DNA of 63,998 nucleotides, filler included, from Perkinsus olseni (GCA_013115125.1; 12 parts of 12 records of this genome joined end to end with filler, not necessarily neighbours in it); one strand, 5' to 3'; counted from the whole stretch's first letter, positions 1 through 12,762 are shown. The notes: generated by a model not told the origin, from the letters alone. Made by a program: numbers and translations.

Positions 1-216
1 GTTTTTTTTAATTTTTTTGGGCGTGCGCCAAGTTGTTCGTCCAGTTGAGTGTTCGTCCCATCGATTAGGCACCACATAAGGCTGGACGGAAAATGGATGC
101 GGAAATACTGAAAAATGGAAAATGACGTGCGCGAGGATCGAACCGGGAGCCTCCTTTTCGTCGTCGTCGTCGTCACAGCTGTCGTGACAGGTGATGAGTC
201 GTTGTTGTAGTATTTT

Positions 217-3200
217 ATGGGCAACTTGTTATGCCCTTTTCCTTGTTATTATCCTCCTTGGTCATATAAACAACATCAGGAAGAAGAGGAATAGTGTAAT
301 AAGAAGTACTGTATCACCATAACTGTATTGCCATTATCATAGTACTACTAATGGGGATTATTGATGATGCCACGACCAATAAGAAGAACAAGATGATGAG
401 TGATCAACCCTACCATGGCCATACATTCAATGCTGATGATGATCCCCAACGACAATCTAGTCGGACGGTAGTAATGATGATGTGGAAGGGTATTCATTAT
501 ACCCACTTCAGGATACCAATGATATTAACAATGAATCACCCCCACCACTGTCATCATCATCTGGCATTGGTAGTATCTTGGTAGTAGTTGTCGTATGTGG
601 TAGTAGTTAGTATATTAGTAGGTCATGTAGCGGTGTTGTCCAGTAAAGTGGATGTACCTGATGGAGGTAGTAATGATGGGTCATGACAGGAGTACCAGCA
701 GCACTATACCCCCATCAGATGGCCGCCTGAGATCATCATCAACCCCTCATCAACCTGATGCCACCCTACCCAGTCTTGTCATGTCCCATGGCAGTGTGGA
801 GAAGCGATCATCTTCAACTAATAGCCTCACAGCGATGTATTAAGAGCACTATCGGGGATATCAGTATTGAGTATGTTAGTATTATGTTAGCTACGAAGTC
901 ATCAGATCTTTCAATAGTACTACCGGCAGCAGGGACGATGCCCGAATGAAGAAGGGTAAATGTAGAAATCAGGATGCCTACTGTAGTGCATACTCATAAT
1001 GACTTCGTCGTCTCACTCTATTCTACTCATCCCCTCAGTTGTCGTCTCTCGTGACGGTCTAACATTAGTTGGTGTATTTGATGGTCATGGAGGGACACCT
1101 TCATCATCATCAGGAGATGGAGGAGGACTACAACAACAACAACAACTCAGCCATTATTTGGCAAGTGTAGTTCCTGACGTCTTCTATGAGGTAATCAAAA
1201 GGTCCCCGGTACAATCCTCCCACCCTACTCCTATCTTAGACCCTATCTAAACTAATACCCGGTGAGGTTAACGTGTCTACTCTTAGTGCCCCAGCGTCCA
1301 GTGAAGCTGATGATGGCTACGGGTAATACTAGTTCATGTGCTGTACTGCTCATGATGATGATGTAGTAAATGTCTTTGGTAGTCTATACTCGAAGACTGA
1401 TAAGGGCTGTTTGAGGAGGGATGATGATAAGGACTCTTCACCACGACCACCGACCATCATTGCAGCACTCAGCTGTAGTGTATCATTCACATTAGTCCTC
1501 TTCATGTATCGTATTAGGTACTCTACGGATATGTGAGGAGAGGGCCATAACATCAGCGGATGTTGATACTGCCAACGGAGGGAGTACATTACCATCTGCT
1601 TCTATTAGTACTGCTATATTACCTAGCAGGTACGGCGACTCTGGTCTGCATAGACGAAGCCTCGGCTCTAGTAGGAGTTGTACAAGTTGGTGATTCACAG
1701 CTTGCTATATTACAACAACCAACACCCACCACTACAACAACAACAACAATGACACATGATCACTACAACCCAGTCACACCCGAACCACTCTTTACCCAAC
1801 CCCACACGGTCAGTAGCGCCACCAATCTTCCAATTTGCAGGATACAAGGATCTTCAACTTGGGATATTTTTCCGTAGGTTCGCGAACGAATAGATGAACG
1901 ACAACGTATCGTGAGTTGTGGTGGAGTTATATATAAAAATAAAGCCGTTGGGGTAGAACCCACGCCTCTTTCATTGAGAGTCGACTACGCATCTTCAGGT
2001 CGCAGTAACAAACATAGCCATCACCCGGAGTTTAGGGGATACGGTGATGCGGTCAGATGGAGTAGAAGGTAGAGATTCTAATTTTGATGCGGACCTCGTA
2101 AAGTTCGCCAAGAAGAAGGGTTGTACCGGCCTCATTGCTTCACCTGAGTGGTAGTACTGCATCATCGTCGTCTGCTGATGATGATGTGGCTGATATTAGG
2201 TATGTATGGTGTCCTCGACGAGAGCATGGTGGCCTCTATTGGGCAGCAACAAATGCCCCAGTACAGCTCCTAGGCATACCAACATCCCACCATATCATTA
2301 GTGCATCAACGGACTCATTTCCGAGGTAGTAGTAGTAGTAGCACCCTGCTGGGAAGTGAGGGTATCCAAACACTCCAGTCGGTCCAGTGGGTTCGACGAT
2401 ACACCTCTTGCGAGTACTACTACTAGTAGTAGTAGGGAAATCTATGTCATGGTAGCATCTGACGGCCTTTGGGATATCATAAGTGAGTCTTCACTACCAC
2501 TGATGACTGCGGATGACGGACCCGACCAGGTCCTAAGACTATGGAAGATAAGATTAGGAGTCTTGGACCATCACCCACGCCGACACAAGTGGATCATCTT
2601 GTACGTCGTCATCATCATTATCATGCTATGGGGAGTATACTGTTAGGTAAAGTCATCGTGTATACCGAATGCCCCGCATGATGATACGACATGGGTGCTC
2701 TTGAGGATACCGATACAGACATCAACAGCAGTAGCAGCAGGGAAGGGCGATTATAATAACAATGAAGAGGATGGAGAGGATCCTTTTGATACATCAGCAG
2801 TACGGCAGCATTGGACATCCCATAGTAAGCATCATCATCATCATCATCATACGCCCACTACTACTACCGCTACTACTACTACTATCATTGTGTATGCTAG
2901 GTTCCCCTATTAATAGACCGGCTACATTGTCAACGTTGGATGCTTTATTTACACCCCAAGATGGTGATGAGGATGAACAGCAGCAGCAGTTCCTAGCAGG
3001 ATCACAAACTGACCGAGGGCGGTGAGTCAAGTGCTACTACTATCAGAAGGGCAGTTGGTGATGGTAGATCAATATCAAGCCCCGATGGCTTCCGTCGAGG
3101 AGGCCGAGGAAGGAAGCATCTGCCGCCGCCGCCATCAACACTACCAGCGGGCTCCTCGTTAGACCAGCTATTTGCACCACTTGGGGAGAGGCTATCGTCG

Positions 3201-3530
3201 ACTAGCGTGGCCCCTCCTCCTCCTCCTGCTGCTACACAACAGCGCAGCAGCAGCCGGTGGGGGAGATTAAAACACTTGAGGGATCCTCGACATCATTAAT
3301 GTCTCCACCTGCTACAGACGTAGGGTGTATATGCTCCTCCTGCTCCTCACCGTCATCATTACTTCTTGCCACTTTAGGTGACTCCCCTGCAGGGATGGTT
3401 AGGCCCTCGGGCTCTCGTTGTTGCAAGCTGACCTGCTGTCCAGTTCACCGATCATACATCATCAGTAGCAGTAGTGGTAGGGAGTAGTGGATTCGATACT
3501 ACTATCATCATGCATTTTTTGAGGGTGTGA
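217..3530 (+). CDS. Multi-exon PP2C/PPM-family protein phosphatase (boundaries approximate)
   Basis: PP2C motifs in order across exons: LVGVFDGHGG (~1065), AGTATL...QVGDSQL (~1627-1705), ERQRIVSCGG (~1900), IAITRSLGD (~2015-2040), YVMVASDGLWD (~2445-2475). Possible MGNLLC start at 217. Introns are microsatellite-rich. Confidence 0.75.
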
Positions 3531-4280
3531 TAAGGTATCAGAGAGTGACACAGTTATCATCATCGTCATCGTCATCATCATTGCGATGAGTTGTTGTTCT
3601 TGTTATAAACTTACCTTCGTCATCTAAGTTCAATGCTCATCATCATCACTATCATCAGACTTTTTATTATTTCATCCATTTCAGCCATTGTATACTAGAT
3701 AATATTCACCCTCACACGTACCCCCTCTTCCCAGCAGACAACAACATCGACAACTACCACTTGCTTCGACACCTTCTTTATGATCCACTTACCATCCCTT
3801 CCCGAACTTCTACGCTACTCCCTAGTATCCCTGTCCAACACTACTACTGCTTACAGCTTGCATACTGCCACTTCATCAGTATGTTCACAGCATAGTCTAT
3901 TATCGTGCACCATCATCATGCTCCTCCTCCTCCTCCTCCTCCTCCTCGGTCGCGTGTTATTGTATGCCCCAGCTATCCTCCTCCTTGCCCTCCATCATGC
4001 CGCTATCATCATCACCTTCTTGCTCTCTTCTCTAACCTTATGCTAGTGTGCTCCATTGTCAGCTTTACATATCCTGGCAACCTGCCTCTAGCAGTATCCC
4101 TCAGCACCATTCACTACTACTACTGTAATATCGTTACCAATAATGGTGATGGCCTGACTCCTGCCACCTCCAGACTGTTTTTATACCATATTATCATTAT
4201 CAAGGACTTCTGTTGAACACTACACAACCCTACTTCTGCTGCTGCTGCTGCATTCTCTATAGTTATTATTATCATCTACC

Positions 4281-5239
4281 ATGGGTAAAGCCAAGAAAAC
4301 TCGTAAGGTCTCAGTGGCGAAGAAGATGATGAATCCCAATGATACTCGTCTCGTGTAGGTCGTGAATCATGCGGTGTTGTATGAAATCGTTGTTGTCGAT
4401 GTCAGGAAGAAGACTGTTGGTATGGAGAAGCAAGCTAAACTGCGGGATAATAAGAATAAAGTCAAAGAGATGTAATACCTGAAGTATCTATCATAGTAGT
4501 AGTATCAGGCTACCTTTTTCTTATTATGATCAGTCCTAAGATATCCTCAGCGATGTTCTTTCAAGCCAATAATAACCTCAAACCCCCCTATCAGGTGAGT
4601 CCTTCCTATGCGTGTACATTTAGTAATTATCAACGACATTAACTACTCGCGTCCACTTCTCACTGTATTCTTATAGGTACTTGTCGATACCAACTTCTTC
4701 AACTTCTCTATTCAAAACAAGCTGGACCCCATGCAAGCCCTCATGGATTGTCTTCTAGCCAAGGCCGTGCCATGTGTAACTGATTGCGTCATTGCGGAAA
4801 TGGAGAAGTTGGGCCATCGTTATCGGTAATAATAGTGATAGTCCTATTGTAATGATCATCATTATTGAGTATGATTAGGTTGGCCCTGCGGTTGGCGAAG
4901 GATCCTCGGTTCACTCGACTTACCTGTGATCATTCAGGGACTTACGCTGATGATTGTTTAGTAACAAGAGTTGAACAACATCGTTGTTACATAGTGGCTA
5001 CTAATGATAGGGATCTACGACGTCGATTAAGGAAGGTGAAGAAGGGATAGGCCACCATCATCACTACTACAACCACTCGCCACTTTCCTATAGTCATTAT
5101 TATTCAGATACCTGGAGTACCGATTATTAGAGTCCAACGTGGGAAGTACGCTGTTGAAAGGATGCCTGAGAGTATCTCCGCAGTACCACTCAATAAATCA
5201 ATCATAGCCTCCAAGAAGAAGAAGAAAAGCAAGAAATAA
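4281..5239 (+). CDS. FCF1: rRNA-processing PIN-domain protein FCF1/UTP24, multi-exon
   Basis: Spliced translation: MGKAKKTRK...[23 protein letters not shown]...[34 protein letters not shown]...[36 protein letters not shown]...KKSKK*. GT-AG introns. Confidence 0.95.
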
Positions 5240-5240
5240 T

Positions 5241-5307
<67 letters not shown>
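5241..5307. repeat. (AAC)n microsatellite at contig end
   Basis: Pure AAC run of about 22 units. Similar runs at 37633-37675 (AAC) and 40252-40306 (ATC). Confidence 0.95.
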
Positions 5308-5407
5308 NNNNNNNNNNNNNNNNNNNNNNNNNNNNNNNNNNNNNNNNNNNNTTAATTAATTAANNNNNNNNNNNNNNNNNNNNNNNNNNNNNNNNNNNNN
5401 NNNNNNN
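5308..5407. other. Artificial contig linker. Also at 10713-10812, 16086-16185, 21457-21556, 26812-26911, 32158-32257, 37503-37602, 42825-42924, 48145-48244, 53449-53548 and 58752-58851
   Basis: Identical N44-TTAATTAATTAA-N44 spacer (stop codons in all six frames). The segments between linkers fall steadily in length from 5307 to 5203 bp. Confidence 0.98.
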
Positions 5408-5460
5408 TATCGTGAGTCATTGATAACCAAACCCCACTCTAGTGGATTCTTAGAGGAATC

Positions 5461-5581
5461 TGTAATTAATATTATTGAGCATTACGCTCTACTAGCACAG
5501 CTTGTGTCCGATCTATGAAAGATATCAATTAAGGGACACATCCGCGCACAATTAAGGAAATAAACACAGTGGATCACCACA
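5461..5581 (-). repeat. Putative short LTR (about 121 bp, TGT...ACA)
   Basis: On minus it starts TGTGG directly after the polypurine tract and ends TTACA. Its 3' end recurs at 10694-10712. The 3' boundary is uncertain and could extend about 20 bp. Confidence 0.65.
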
Positions 5582-5598
5582 CCTCCCCCAGTTGACTA

Positions 5599-8500
5599 TC
5601 AACTACTAGGAGCATTCGCTGCTACAATATTTCGAACATGCTCCAAAACAACAGGGGAATCAGGGTCACCATCCAATTGCAAACCAACACTTCTCTTATG
5701 AACTTCGACAACTTTATAGCGGGCCTTGTCCTTAACGGCGGGGTTACAACGGCGAACCCAACTTCCAACAGAGAAAGACTTGAGATGGCCTTGAGGTTTT
5801 TTATCTTCCAAGTCCATAGTCTTCTGCATCACCAAGTCATCGACAGCAGCAAACTTTCGATCAAGAATGCTATTATAAGGTCGCTGGAAGAACGTCTCGA
5901 ACGCCGTTAGACCATTATCTAGAGGGACCAGGTTGACACACCGGTTAACATAAGCCAAATGGACCGACCACTCCCGCTTCTCAGCACGGCTCATCGTAGA
6001 GAACTTAGCCTTAACTGAGCCGATACATCGCTCAGCCTTACCATTCGAAAACGGCGAATGTCGGGGGACACCGCTCCAAGACACTCCTTGACTGGACAAC
6101 AGAGCGCGAAAGGTACGGGAAATATATCCTCCTCCGTTGTCACTCTTGAAGTGATGACACCACCCAATGCGCTCGCAGACACCACTCACAGCCCGGCAGA
6201 GTTCACGAGCTTCTAGCGAGCGTAGAGGAACCAACCAACAAAAGCTTGACAGGGCATCCACCAGAGCGACAAAATATCTAAAGCCAAACCGGTCTTTAAC
6301 CAGCATATCCCCAATATCAGAGTATACCGTACACCAGACCCCATCCAAATCAGCAGTAGAGTCACCATAAGAAGAGCGGCCTCCAGAGGATGCGAGCTTG
6401 ACCCTCTTCTCAACACACTGTGGACACTCCTTAATAATAGTCGCAGCAGCCTGCTTGAACTTAGGAGCCACGAAGTCTCTAGTAAACAAATACTGTACAT
6501 ATCTCAGCGAACAATGTCCATTCGTCTCATGGTAGTGTCGGGCAAAATCAGAGAGCAAGGTAGGGTCATTCGGCAGAAGGACACAAAATCTAGGCGGAAC
6601 AGCTTCACCGTCTCTAAAACGACACTCCACTACCAGTCCGTGCCTGTCCAGCGCATACCAACGACCTTCATTCTTCAGTAATCGTCTAAGGTAATCATTC
6701 TTGGACTCGTTCGACAGGAAGTCTCTCAATTCAGAGATAAAGGAGTCGCCATCCTGTACAGACCATAACCACTTCACTACTTCATCTGGCTTTGCAGAGT
6801 CGATGTCCATCACTTGTGAGCAAACTTCAACAGGACCATTAATATCCGGCTCCTCCCCCAGTTCCTCGGAAGGGGCAGCAGTCTGTAAAGCCTTCAAATC
6901 AGTCGATGGAGTCGAATCAGTAGTAGTATCTTCCACAGAGGAAATACCCCAAGAATTCAGCAGACGGCTTAAATCATCAGCCGCGGAATTATCAACACCC
7001 GCAATCTTTTCAAAAACTAAACGGACATTCATCTGATCAAATAAATGACGAATGTCTTCAAGAGTATTCAGCATTCTCCTCAAAGCTAGGCGCTCAACAC
7101 TCTTAGCATAAATGTGGTTGTCTCTCAACCAAGAAATGGCAGATTTACTGTCACTTACTATGGTCAACCGAAGAGGAGCTTCTCGATCCGCAGTGAACTC
7201 TTCCAACAAAGGCAGGTTGGCCAACAGTCCTTGAAGTATACACCATGCTTCTCGTCGATTCACATGCCAGGCAGACTGTGACTTGGAGAATGGCTTCGCA
7301 CGAGACGACTCGAATGATCCAAGTTTAAAGATATAACCGAAACCAACTGAGCTGGCATCACACTCGAGAGTAGCATTATCACCGGACGCACTGCAGTGTT
7401 GACATGGTCGTTCAAAGTCATCCTTCACTATTGAAATCAATTTATCAAGTTGACGAACATGATCATCAGACAAATCTAATTTTGCATCCCAATCCCCTTT
7501 ATAGGAGCCAACGATGCTTCTCATTACATCAACAGCAAGACGAGAGCGAGCATGACCAACCGGATAATCTGTAAGGAGACCAGCCAAGGCAAAATAGTGC
7601 CTTTTTGATCTCACCGGAACGCGACAGAGCTCGTCGAAACGGGCAGTGTTACGCTTACAAAAACACTTGAGAACACCATCCTCAATGCCCCAAAGTGAGC
7701 CTAAATGAGTCACTCTCTTCTGGCCAGAGTCCGGAGTCAAAATCTCCTGTTTTGACTCTGGAAAGCTAAATCCGAATTTCGAAGCAGTCTTCACCAGCAT
7801 CTTCTTAAAGGCCATAACATCACAGTAACTTCCCGACAGGGTGATGTCGTCGAGATAGACCCAGGCCCTATGGACCTTCCTACTTCCGCTCACAACATCG
7901 TACCGTACCGAGTGGAACCTTGAAGATAAGCTTGCCGTGTACCGAAGAAGGTAGTCCATCGCAAATTCTAACGATGATGGACCAGAACATAGGCCAAAAA
8001 TTACGCGATTACTGGAGTACGAGACTCCAGCAACGCGTAAGGGCAAACGAACATTTGTTCTCAATCTATAGAATGCTCGAGAACAATCGAGGGTACAGAA
8101 ACTGTCCCCACGGCGGTAGGAACCAAGAAGACGAGAGGTAAGCGTAGTAACATCAGCACTGAGATAACCGGCTCTTTCCGAAATAGAATTCACTCCTCGA
8201 CAGTCACAGCAGGGCCGTATGGGAGTACTTTTTCCGGGTTGTCGTACCGGAAAAACCGTTATAGGAGGAAAGGGAGAGACGTCGGAGACAGCATTCTCAT
8301 CATCATCATCTTCAACAGGCTCTTTCCGCCACCAGCTCTTATCAGTATAAGAGCCAATTTCATCGTGAAACAGCTTCTTCTCCTCAGGGGACAAGCGCTG
8401 AATCAGCTTACCAGAATAGTCACCGGAGCGGGTAAGGCCATCGATAGGACGCATAGCGCCCTGTAGATCCAATTCAAAACAATAGACTTGTTCTTCAGTA

Positions 8501-10653
8501 TCGCGTGGTTCATCAGGTCGTAGCTTTCGCACTCTCATCCTATACGCTGGAGCGCTACTCAAATGGAACCACCGATCATCTTCTGGATCACAAGTATCAT
8601 CAAATTTCTTGACCGGAGTGAAGTTTTCGTCAATAGTACCGATACGAGCCAGCAGAGGGGTCTGTTGGCCCTCCTCAGCCAAAGCGTCGGAAGAACAGAT
8701 GATTTTGTTGTTACCAGCATCAATGAATACTCCAAGTGCAGCTATACCCTCCCATCCAATGAATAAACCCGGAGACAGCGAGGGAACAATATGGAATGGT
8801 AGTTGGCGGAGAGAACCATCATAGCAAATAAGTAGCTGGACACAACCATTGGAGCTAACCTTAGTACCATCAGCGAGGGTCACTGAGTGTCTGATTTCCT
8901 TGTTGACCGAGCAGGGATACCCAGCATCCTCAAGTGATGTAAGTAAGGACCGTCCAATGAAGTTAAAAGTAGCTCCTGTATCAAATAGTGCGGCCTTCTC
9001 AATGCTCTCATGAGAAGTTGTCACTGACAAGGGAGGCAAGCAAATCTCCACCTTCCTAATAGCCGAGCCAATATCGGTGGACTGGTTGCTCTGAGAAGAT
9101 TCATCACAGAGTACCATCGCCGAAGCCTTAGGGTCAGAGGACGGTGTCGTAGCAGGAGATTTTGAAGGAGCCGGTTTACCATTATCCGAAGATTTACCAT
9201 CTGATAATTTCGTAGGCATACTTTCATTCGACCTTAGCCTAGCTTCCTTCAATGCTAGCTTTGGACAGTTAGCCTTCACATGACCGGCTTCTCGGCAATA
9301 ATGACAGATCTTATCAGAAGTCAAATTAGGCGCAACCGTACCCCCACTAGTCACATTGGATGGTCTCAATGTCGTTGTAACAGATACTGGAGTTGCAGTA
9401 GCAGAAGTAGTGGTGGTATTAACTGAATCAGATGGTAATAAGCCATTCTGCGATCGTCTAAATACACGCTCTTCTGATATAAGTCTTGATACTAAGTCGT
9501 TCAAAGAGGAAACACCCGTACCAATCAAAGTCGCTGCACTCAATGTCCATCTAACATTAACCGCCGAAGCAAATTGCAACGCAGATTGAGAGTCATCAAT
9601 CTCATTACCTAAGCATCTGGCCTCCTCCTGAGCGTTCTCGAACCGTTGGGCAAAAGCAGAGAGCTGTTCAGTTTTTCCTTGACGAAGCTGAAGCAGAGAG
9701 TTCCATGACTCAAGTTTACCGAAATCACCGCGACCATAGGCAGTTAATAAGCTACTAACTTCACGGCGAAGTTCAGATACCAACTCAGCATACGTACGAA
9801 TAGCAACTGGATGAACGACCGCTCTAGCTTCTCTACTAACTTGGCGTTTCAACATCTCTCTATACTCGAGAGCAGACCAACATTCCTCATTAGCCAGATC
9901 ACGGAGATAAACCAATACCCTGCGGATGGAGCGAGAATCGTCCTTCCCAGAGAAACTACCTCCTTGAAGAAGCTCAACATTACTAACAGTCTTCCTAGCA
10001 TCCCGCCGATCTTGAGATGTGATGGGGCCTCCAACACCAGAGAAAACCGGCAGCAGACTGTCTATGCCAGAAGGCGTTGCTTCAGAGGCTTGGCCTTTTG
10101 ACAATGAAGTAGAACTCGGTTCAACCTTAACCGGTTGCACAGCTGGTTGGCTCCCAGAAGAAGAAGAAGGGTTCTGAGGAGTCGGAGAAGACTGTCGATA
10201 GTAAAAAGGAAACCTGTCGGGAAAAGAGGGTTCGAAGATACTCGCTTTGTCAAAGTTCAAGAACTTCAACGCAGTGATTTTTCTCGCCCTAATATCCCTT
10301 TCACGAGAGGCCTCAATGGAGTCGGACAACCCAAGGTCATCGATAAAGTGTGGCCAAACGTAGTCAAAGAAGTTAGTCAATAAGACCTCACTCGGCTTCG
10401 AAGAAAGCATTGTCTCCAAGTAATACTCCCCACAACGCCAAATAAAGTCACCAGCCGAATCAAGAGTAACCTCCTTCTCTTTCAACGCGCCACCAACTAT
10501 CGCCTGAAATTTGGGCATAATAATCCCAAGCCTCAAAGGCTTGCCCAAACATAAAGACTCAACATTGTCTAACACCAAATCATCAATCTCACTCAAGGGT
10601 AAGTCGTCGTTGTCTGAATTAGATGCAGCCCGAGGTGCCATATCGTGAGTCAT
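5599..10653 (-). CDS. Gag-Pol polyprotein (Gag-CCHC, aspartic protease, RT, RNase H, integrase), 1684 aa
   Basis: CHYCREAGHVKANC zinc knuckle; ALFDTGA protease; TLDCSRAFY and VYLDDI RT; LECDAS and SDSK RNase H; HETNGH...CPQC plus D, SDNG and NGKAER integrase. Order PR-RT-RH-IN. Confidence 0.95.
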   Translation of the reverse strand: MTHDMAPRAASNSDNDDLPLSEIDDLVLDNVESLCLGKPLRLGIIMPKFQAIVGGALKEKEVTLDSAGDFIWRCGEYYLETMLSSKPSEVLLTNFFDYVWPHFIDDLGLSDSIEASRERDIRARKITALKFLNFDKASIFEPSFPDRFPFYYRQSSPTPQNPSSSSGSQPAVQPVKVEPSSTSLSKGQASEATPSGIDSLLPVFSGVGGPITSQDRRDARKTVSNVELLQGGSFSGKDDSRSIRRVLVYLRDLANEECWSALEYREMLKRQVSREARAVVHPVAIRTYAELVSELRREVSSLLTAYGRGDFGKLESWNSLLQLRQGKTEQLSAFAQRFENAQEEARCLGNEIDDSQSALQFASAVNVRWTLSAATLIGTGVSSLNDLVSRLISEERVFRRSQNGLLPSDSVNTTTTSATATPVSVTTTLRPSNVTSGGTVAPNLTSDKICHYCREAGHVKANCPKLALKEARLRSNESMPTKLSDGKSSDNGKPAPSKSPATTPSSDPKASAMVLCDESSQSNQSTDIGSAIRKVEICLPPLSVTTSHESIEKAALFDTGATFNFIGRSLLTSLEDAGYPCSVNKEIRHSVTLADGTKVSSNGCVQLLICYDGSLRQLPFHIVPSLSPGLFIGWEGIAALGVFIDAGNNKIICSSDALAEEGQQTPLLARIGTIDENFTPVKKFDDTCDPEDDRWFHLSSAPAYRMRVRKLRPDEPRDTEEQVYCFELDLQGAMRPIDGLTRSGDYSGKLIQRLSPEEKKLFHDEIGSYTDKSWWRKEPVEDDDDENAVSDVSPFPPITVFPVRQPGKSTPIRPCCDCRGVNSISERAGYLSADVTTLTSRLLGSYRRGDSFCTLDCSRAFYRLRTNVRLPLRVAGVSYSSNRVIFGLCSGPSSLEFAMDYLLRYTASLSSRFHSVRYDVVSGSRKVHRAWVYLDDITLSGSYCDVMAFKKMLVKTASKFGFSFPESKQEILTPDSGQKRVTHLGSLWGIEDGVLKCFCKRNTARFDELCRVPVRSKRHYFALAGLLTDYPVGHARSRLAVDVMRSIVGSYKGDWDAKLDLSDDHVRQLDKLISIVKDDFERPCQHCSASGDNATLECDASSVGFGYIFKLGSFESSRAKPFSKSQSAWHVNRREAWCILQGLLANLPLLEEFTADREAPLRLTIVSDSKSAISWLRDNHIYAKSVERLALRRMLNTLEDIRHLFDQMNVRLVFEKIAGVDNSAADDLSRLLNSWGISSVEDTTTDSTPSTDLKALQTAAPSEELGEEPDINGPVEVCSQVMDIDSAKPDEVVKWLWSVQDGDSFISELRDFLSNESKNDYLRRLLKNEGRWYALDRHGLVVECRFRDGEAVPPRFCVLLPNDPTLLSDFARHYHETNGHCSLRYVQYLFTRDFVAPKFKQAAATIIKECPQCVEKRVKLASSGGRSSYGDSTADLDGVWCTVYSDIGDMLVKDRFGFRYFVALVDALSSFCWLVPLRSLEARELCRAVSGVCERIGWCHHFKSDNGGGYISRTFRALLSSQGVSWSGVPRHSPFSNGKAERCIGSVKAKFSTMSRAEKREWSVHLAYVNRCVNLVPLDNGLTAFETFFQRPYNSILDRKFAAVDDLVMQKTMDLEDKKPQGHLKSFSVGSWVRRCNPAVKDKARYKVVEVHKRSVGLQLDGDPDSPVVLEHVRNIVAANAPSS

Positions 10654-11996
10654 TGATAACCAAACCCCACTCTAGTGGATTCTTAGAGGAATCTGTAATT
10701 AATATTATTGAGNNNNNNNNNNNNNNNNNNNNNNNNNNNNNNNNNNNNNNNNNNNNTTAATTAATTAANNNNNNNNNNNNNNNNNNNNNNNNNNNNNNNN
10801 NNNNNNNNNNNNGAATGTCACCAATCTGGCCCGCGATGGTCTTGCCAGCAGATTGTGCTGCCACAGCACATCTGGCCAAACCATCGGCCTCTTCCCACTC
10901 TCCCGAAGAGAAAGCGATTTAATTCTCAGAGGATCTCGCCTTCTCTGGGAGGCGGTCAAAGATACTACATGAAGGGCTGAAGATAACATCTTCGGACATT
11001 GTCCGATTAGATTGTTGACCATCATCAAGGAGTCCTTTGAAGGACCGCTTATTGACTTTTATCATCTATAGGTGATTGAGTTGAGTACTAGTGTTAGATT
11101 CCTGCTCACGGGATGTAGAACTTCGAACGCAGCCGTGATCATCGAGGCGGTCACCCGGGCGGATTTTGAACTATTGATGTTGCCACATGAACGTTGTGGA
11201 TACATCAGGAAAAGCCACAACATGCATACTCAGATAAGGCGTAGCCAGGCTCGGTTCAAGTATTTATGTCATCGCAAGAACTTACCCGCGGGCCTGAGGC
11301 TGAGTCGCCGCTGCTGAGACCAAAGCTTGGCCGCCAACTCGGTGTCGTCCAGACCAAGGCCTATTAGCAGTGCGCTTAGGCTCACGAGCTATGTGCGTAA
11401 GTCGTGATTTACTGAATCAGGTTTTGCTAGTTCACAATTTTGTGAACCCCTGAACGCCCACGCTGCCAATATCCAGGCAGGAGGGTCTCGATAGGACCGA
11501 TCCCTGACCAAATATGCGGCAAAGAGTATGTCCAGCGCCGTCAAACTGATGGCCGTTGAGGCACAGGATAGTCTCATGAGTAACTCATGATGAGTTCACA
11601 GGTCCATGAATGCGTTGACATCGCCCAATCTCGTTCTCACGTCACGCTCACTCAGAACGCAACGTTGTTCCGAACTACTCGACAGATAATCGGTCCCGAT
11701 TCATCTAACGAACTCATCGAAACGGTTCAACACCTATCTGGTCTGGTCAGGAGTCGGTGATTACACATAATAGTCATGTGACTCGCGGTTGGTGACTGAC
11801 AAATGGAAAATTAACGGATCCTTGCCATCTAGCTTTCCTTCGAGCTCGGTAGAGCCTCTTCTACAGTTGGAATTTCCCCAGCAGGAGCACTTTGAGCACG
11901 GCGATTACACCGCGCTGAGGCAGCAGCTGTGAACAGATAGACAGTAGATGTCGAGCGATAAACCTCCCTAATCACTCGGCCGGTAGTTCCTTTCCT

Positions 11997-12762
11997 ATGA
12001 CCCGACAGACTGCCCTGCTATGTTCTCTAACCATAATCGCCACCATAGCAGCATCGTCATACCAAGCTGTTATTGGTCCGGAAGGTGCGAGCCCCCATCT
12101 TTCAACCAGGCTGAACATGATTTTCTACGATGCAGGGACAGAGTTAGAGGTAAGTCAGCCTCAGGGTCGAATGCGTCTCGCTATGCGTCACTGGCGAGTG
12201 AATCTCTCGCAGACCGTAGTAGGATATTTCGAGCCACCGGGATCGGAGCAAGTCACGATTACCGACGTGGCACATGTGGATTATTCTTGGGAGTGATGGT
12301 TCTCAGTATGAATGCCCCACATTGTGGTTTCCTCAGGAGAGATAGCTGCCTCGAATTCACAGTAGTGGCTGATGAAGATGTCGTGAGAAAATACAATACA
12401 TTGTTAAATGATGAAGTCTCCAAGAATAAGACAATCAGAGAGAGGACTCCCCCTTCACTGAAAACCCAGGCGATGCGCAGGTTCGGTTCAGAAATCCTGA
12501 AAGAATACGAGGAACTTTTCTCTCCCGACGGAAGCGCACTCTACACCTGGAGCCGCGCGGATTTTTGGAGCGCAAACTGGGTAAGGTTATAGAACGCGGA
12601 AGGTAGCTGTTTATCGCTTGTTAACTTCTCAGCACGTTCATTACAAGGTCTTCTTGAGCAGGCCGAGAGTCGACCAGCCTTTCAGGCTCACAGCTCTGAG
12701 AGCGAAGCTTACTCCAGACGACGGAAGGAACTGCACGTAAGCTGAACGACACGAGTCAAGTT
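11997..12762 (+). CDS. Hypothetical secreted protein, spliced
   Basis: Hydrophobic signal-like N-terminus MTRQTALLCSLTIIATIAAS. Probable short introns at ~12293-12336 and ~12581-12632. Confidence 0.55.

Larger units (their letters stand above)
5408..10712 (-). mobile_element. Ty3/Gypsy-type LTR retrotransposon, assembled as a circularly permuted unit
   Basis: Single gag-pol ORF. Polypurine tract GGGGGAGG (5582-5589, minus). 72-bp direct repeat at the contig ends (5408-5479 = 10641-10712). Confidence 0.92.

Noticed and set aside
351-4216. Many short His/Ser/Leu-rich ORFs in contigs 1 and 8
   Set aside because: Translations of trinucleotide microsatellite introns or of antisense and off-frame exon sequence.
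5308-5407. Recurring TTAATTAATTAA palindrome between N runs
   Set aside because: Artificial six-frame-stop linker. Adjacency across linkers has no biological meaning.
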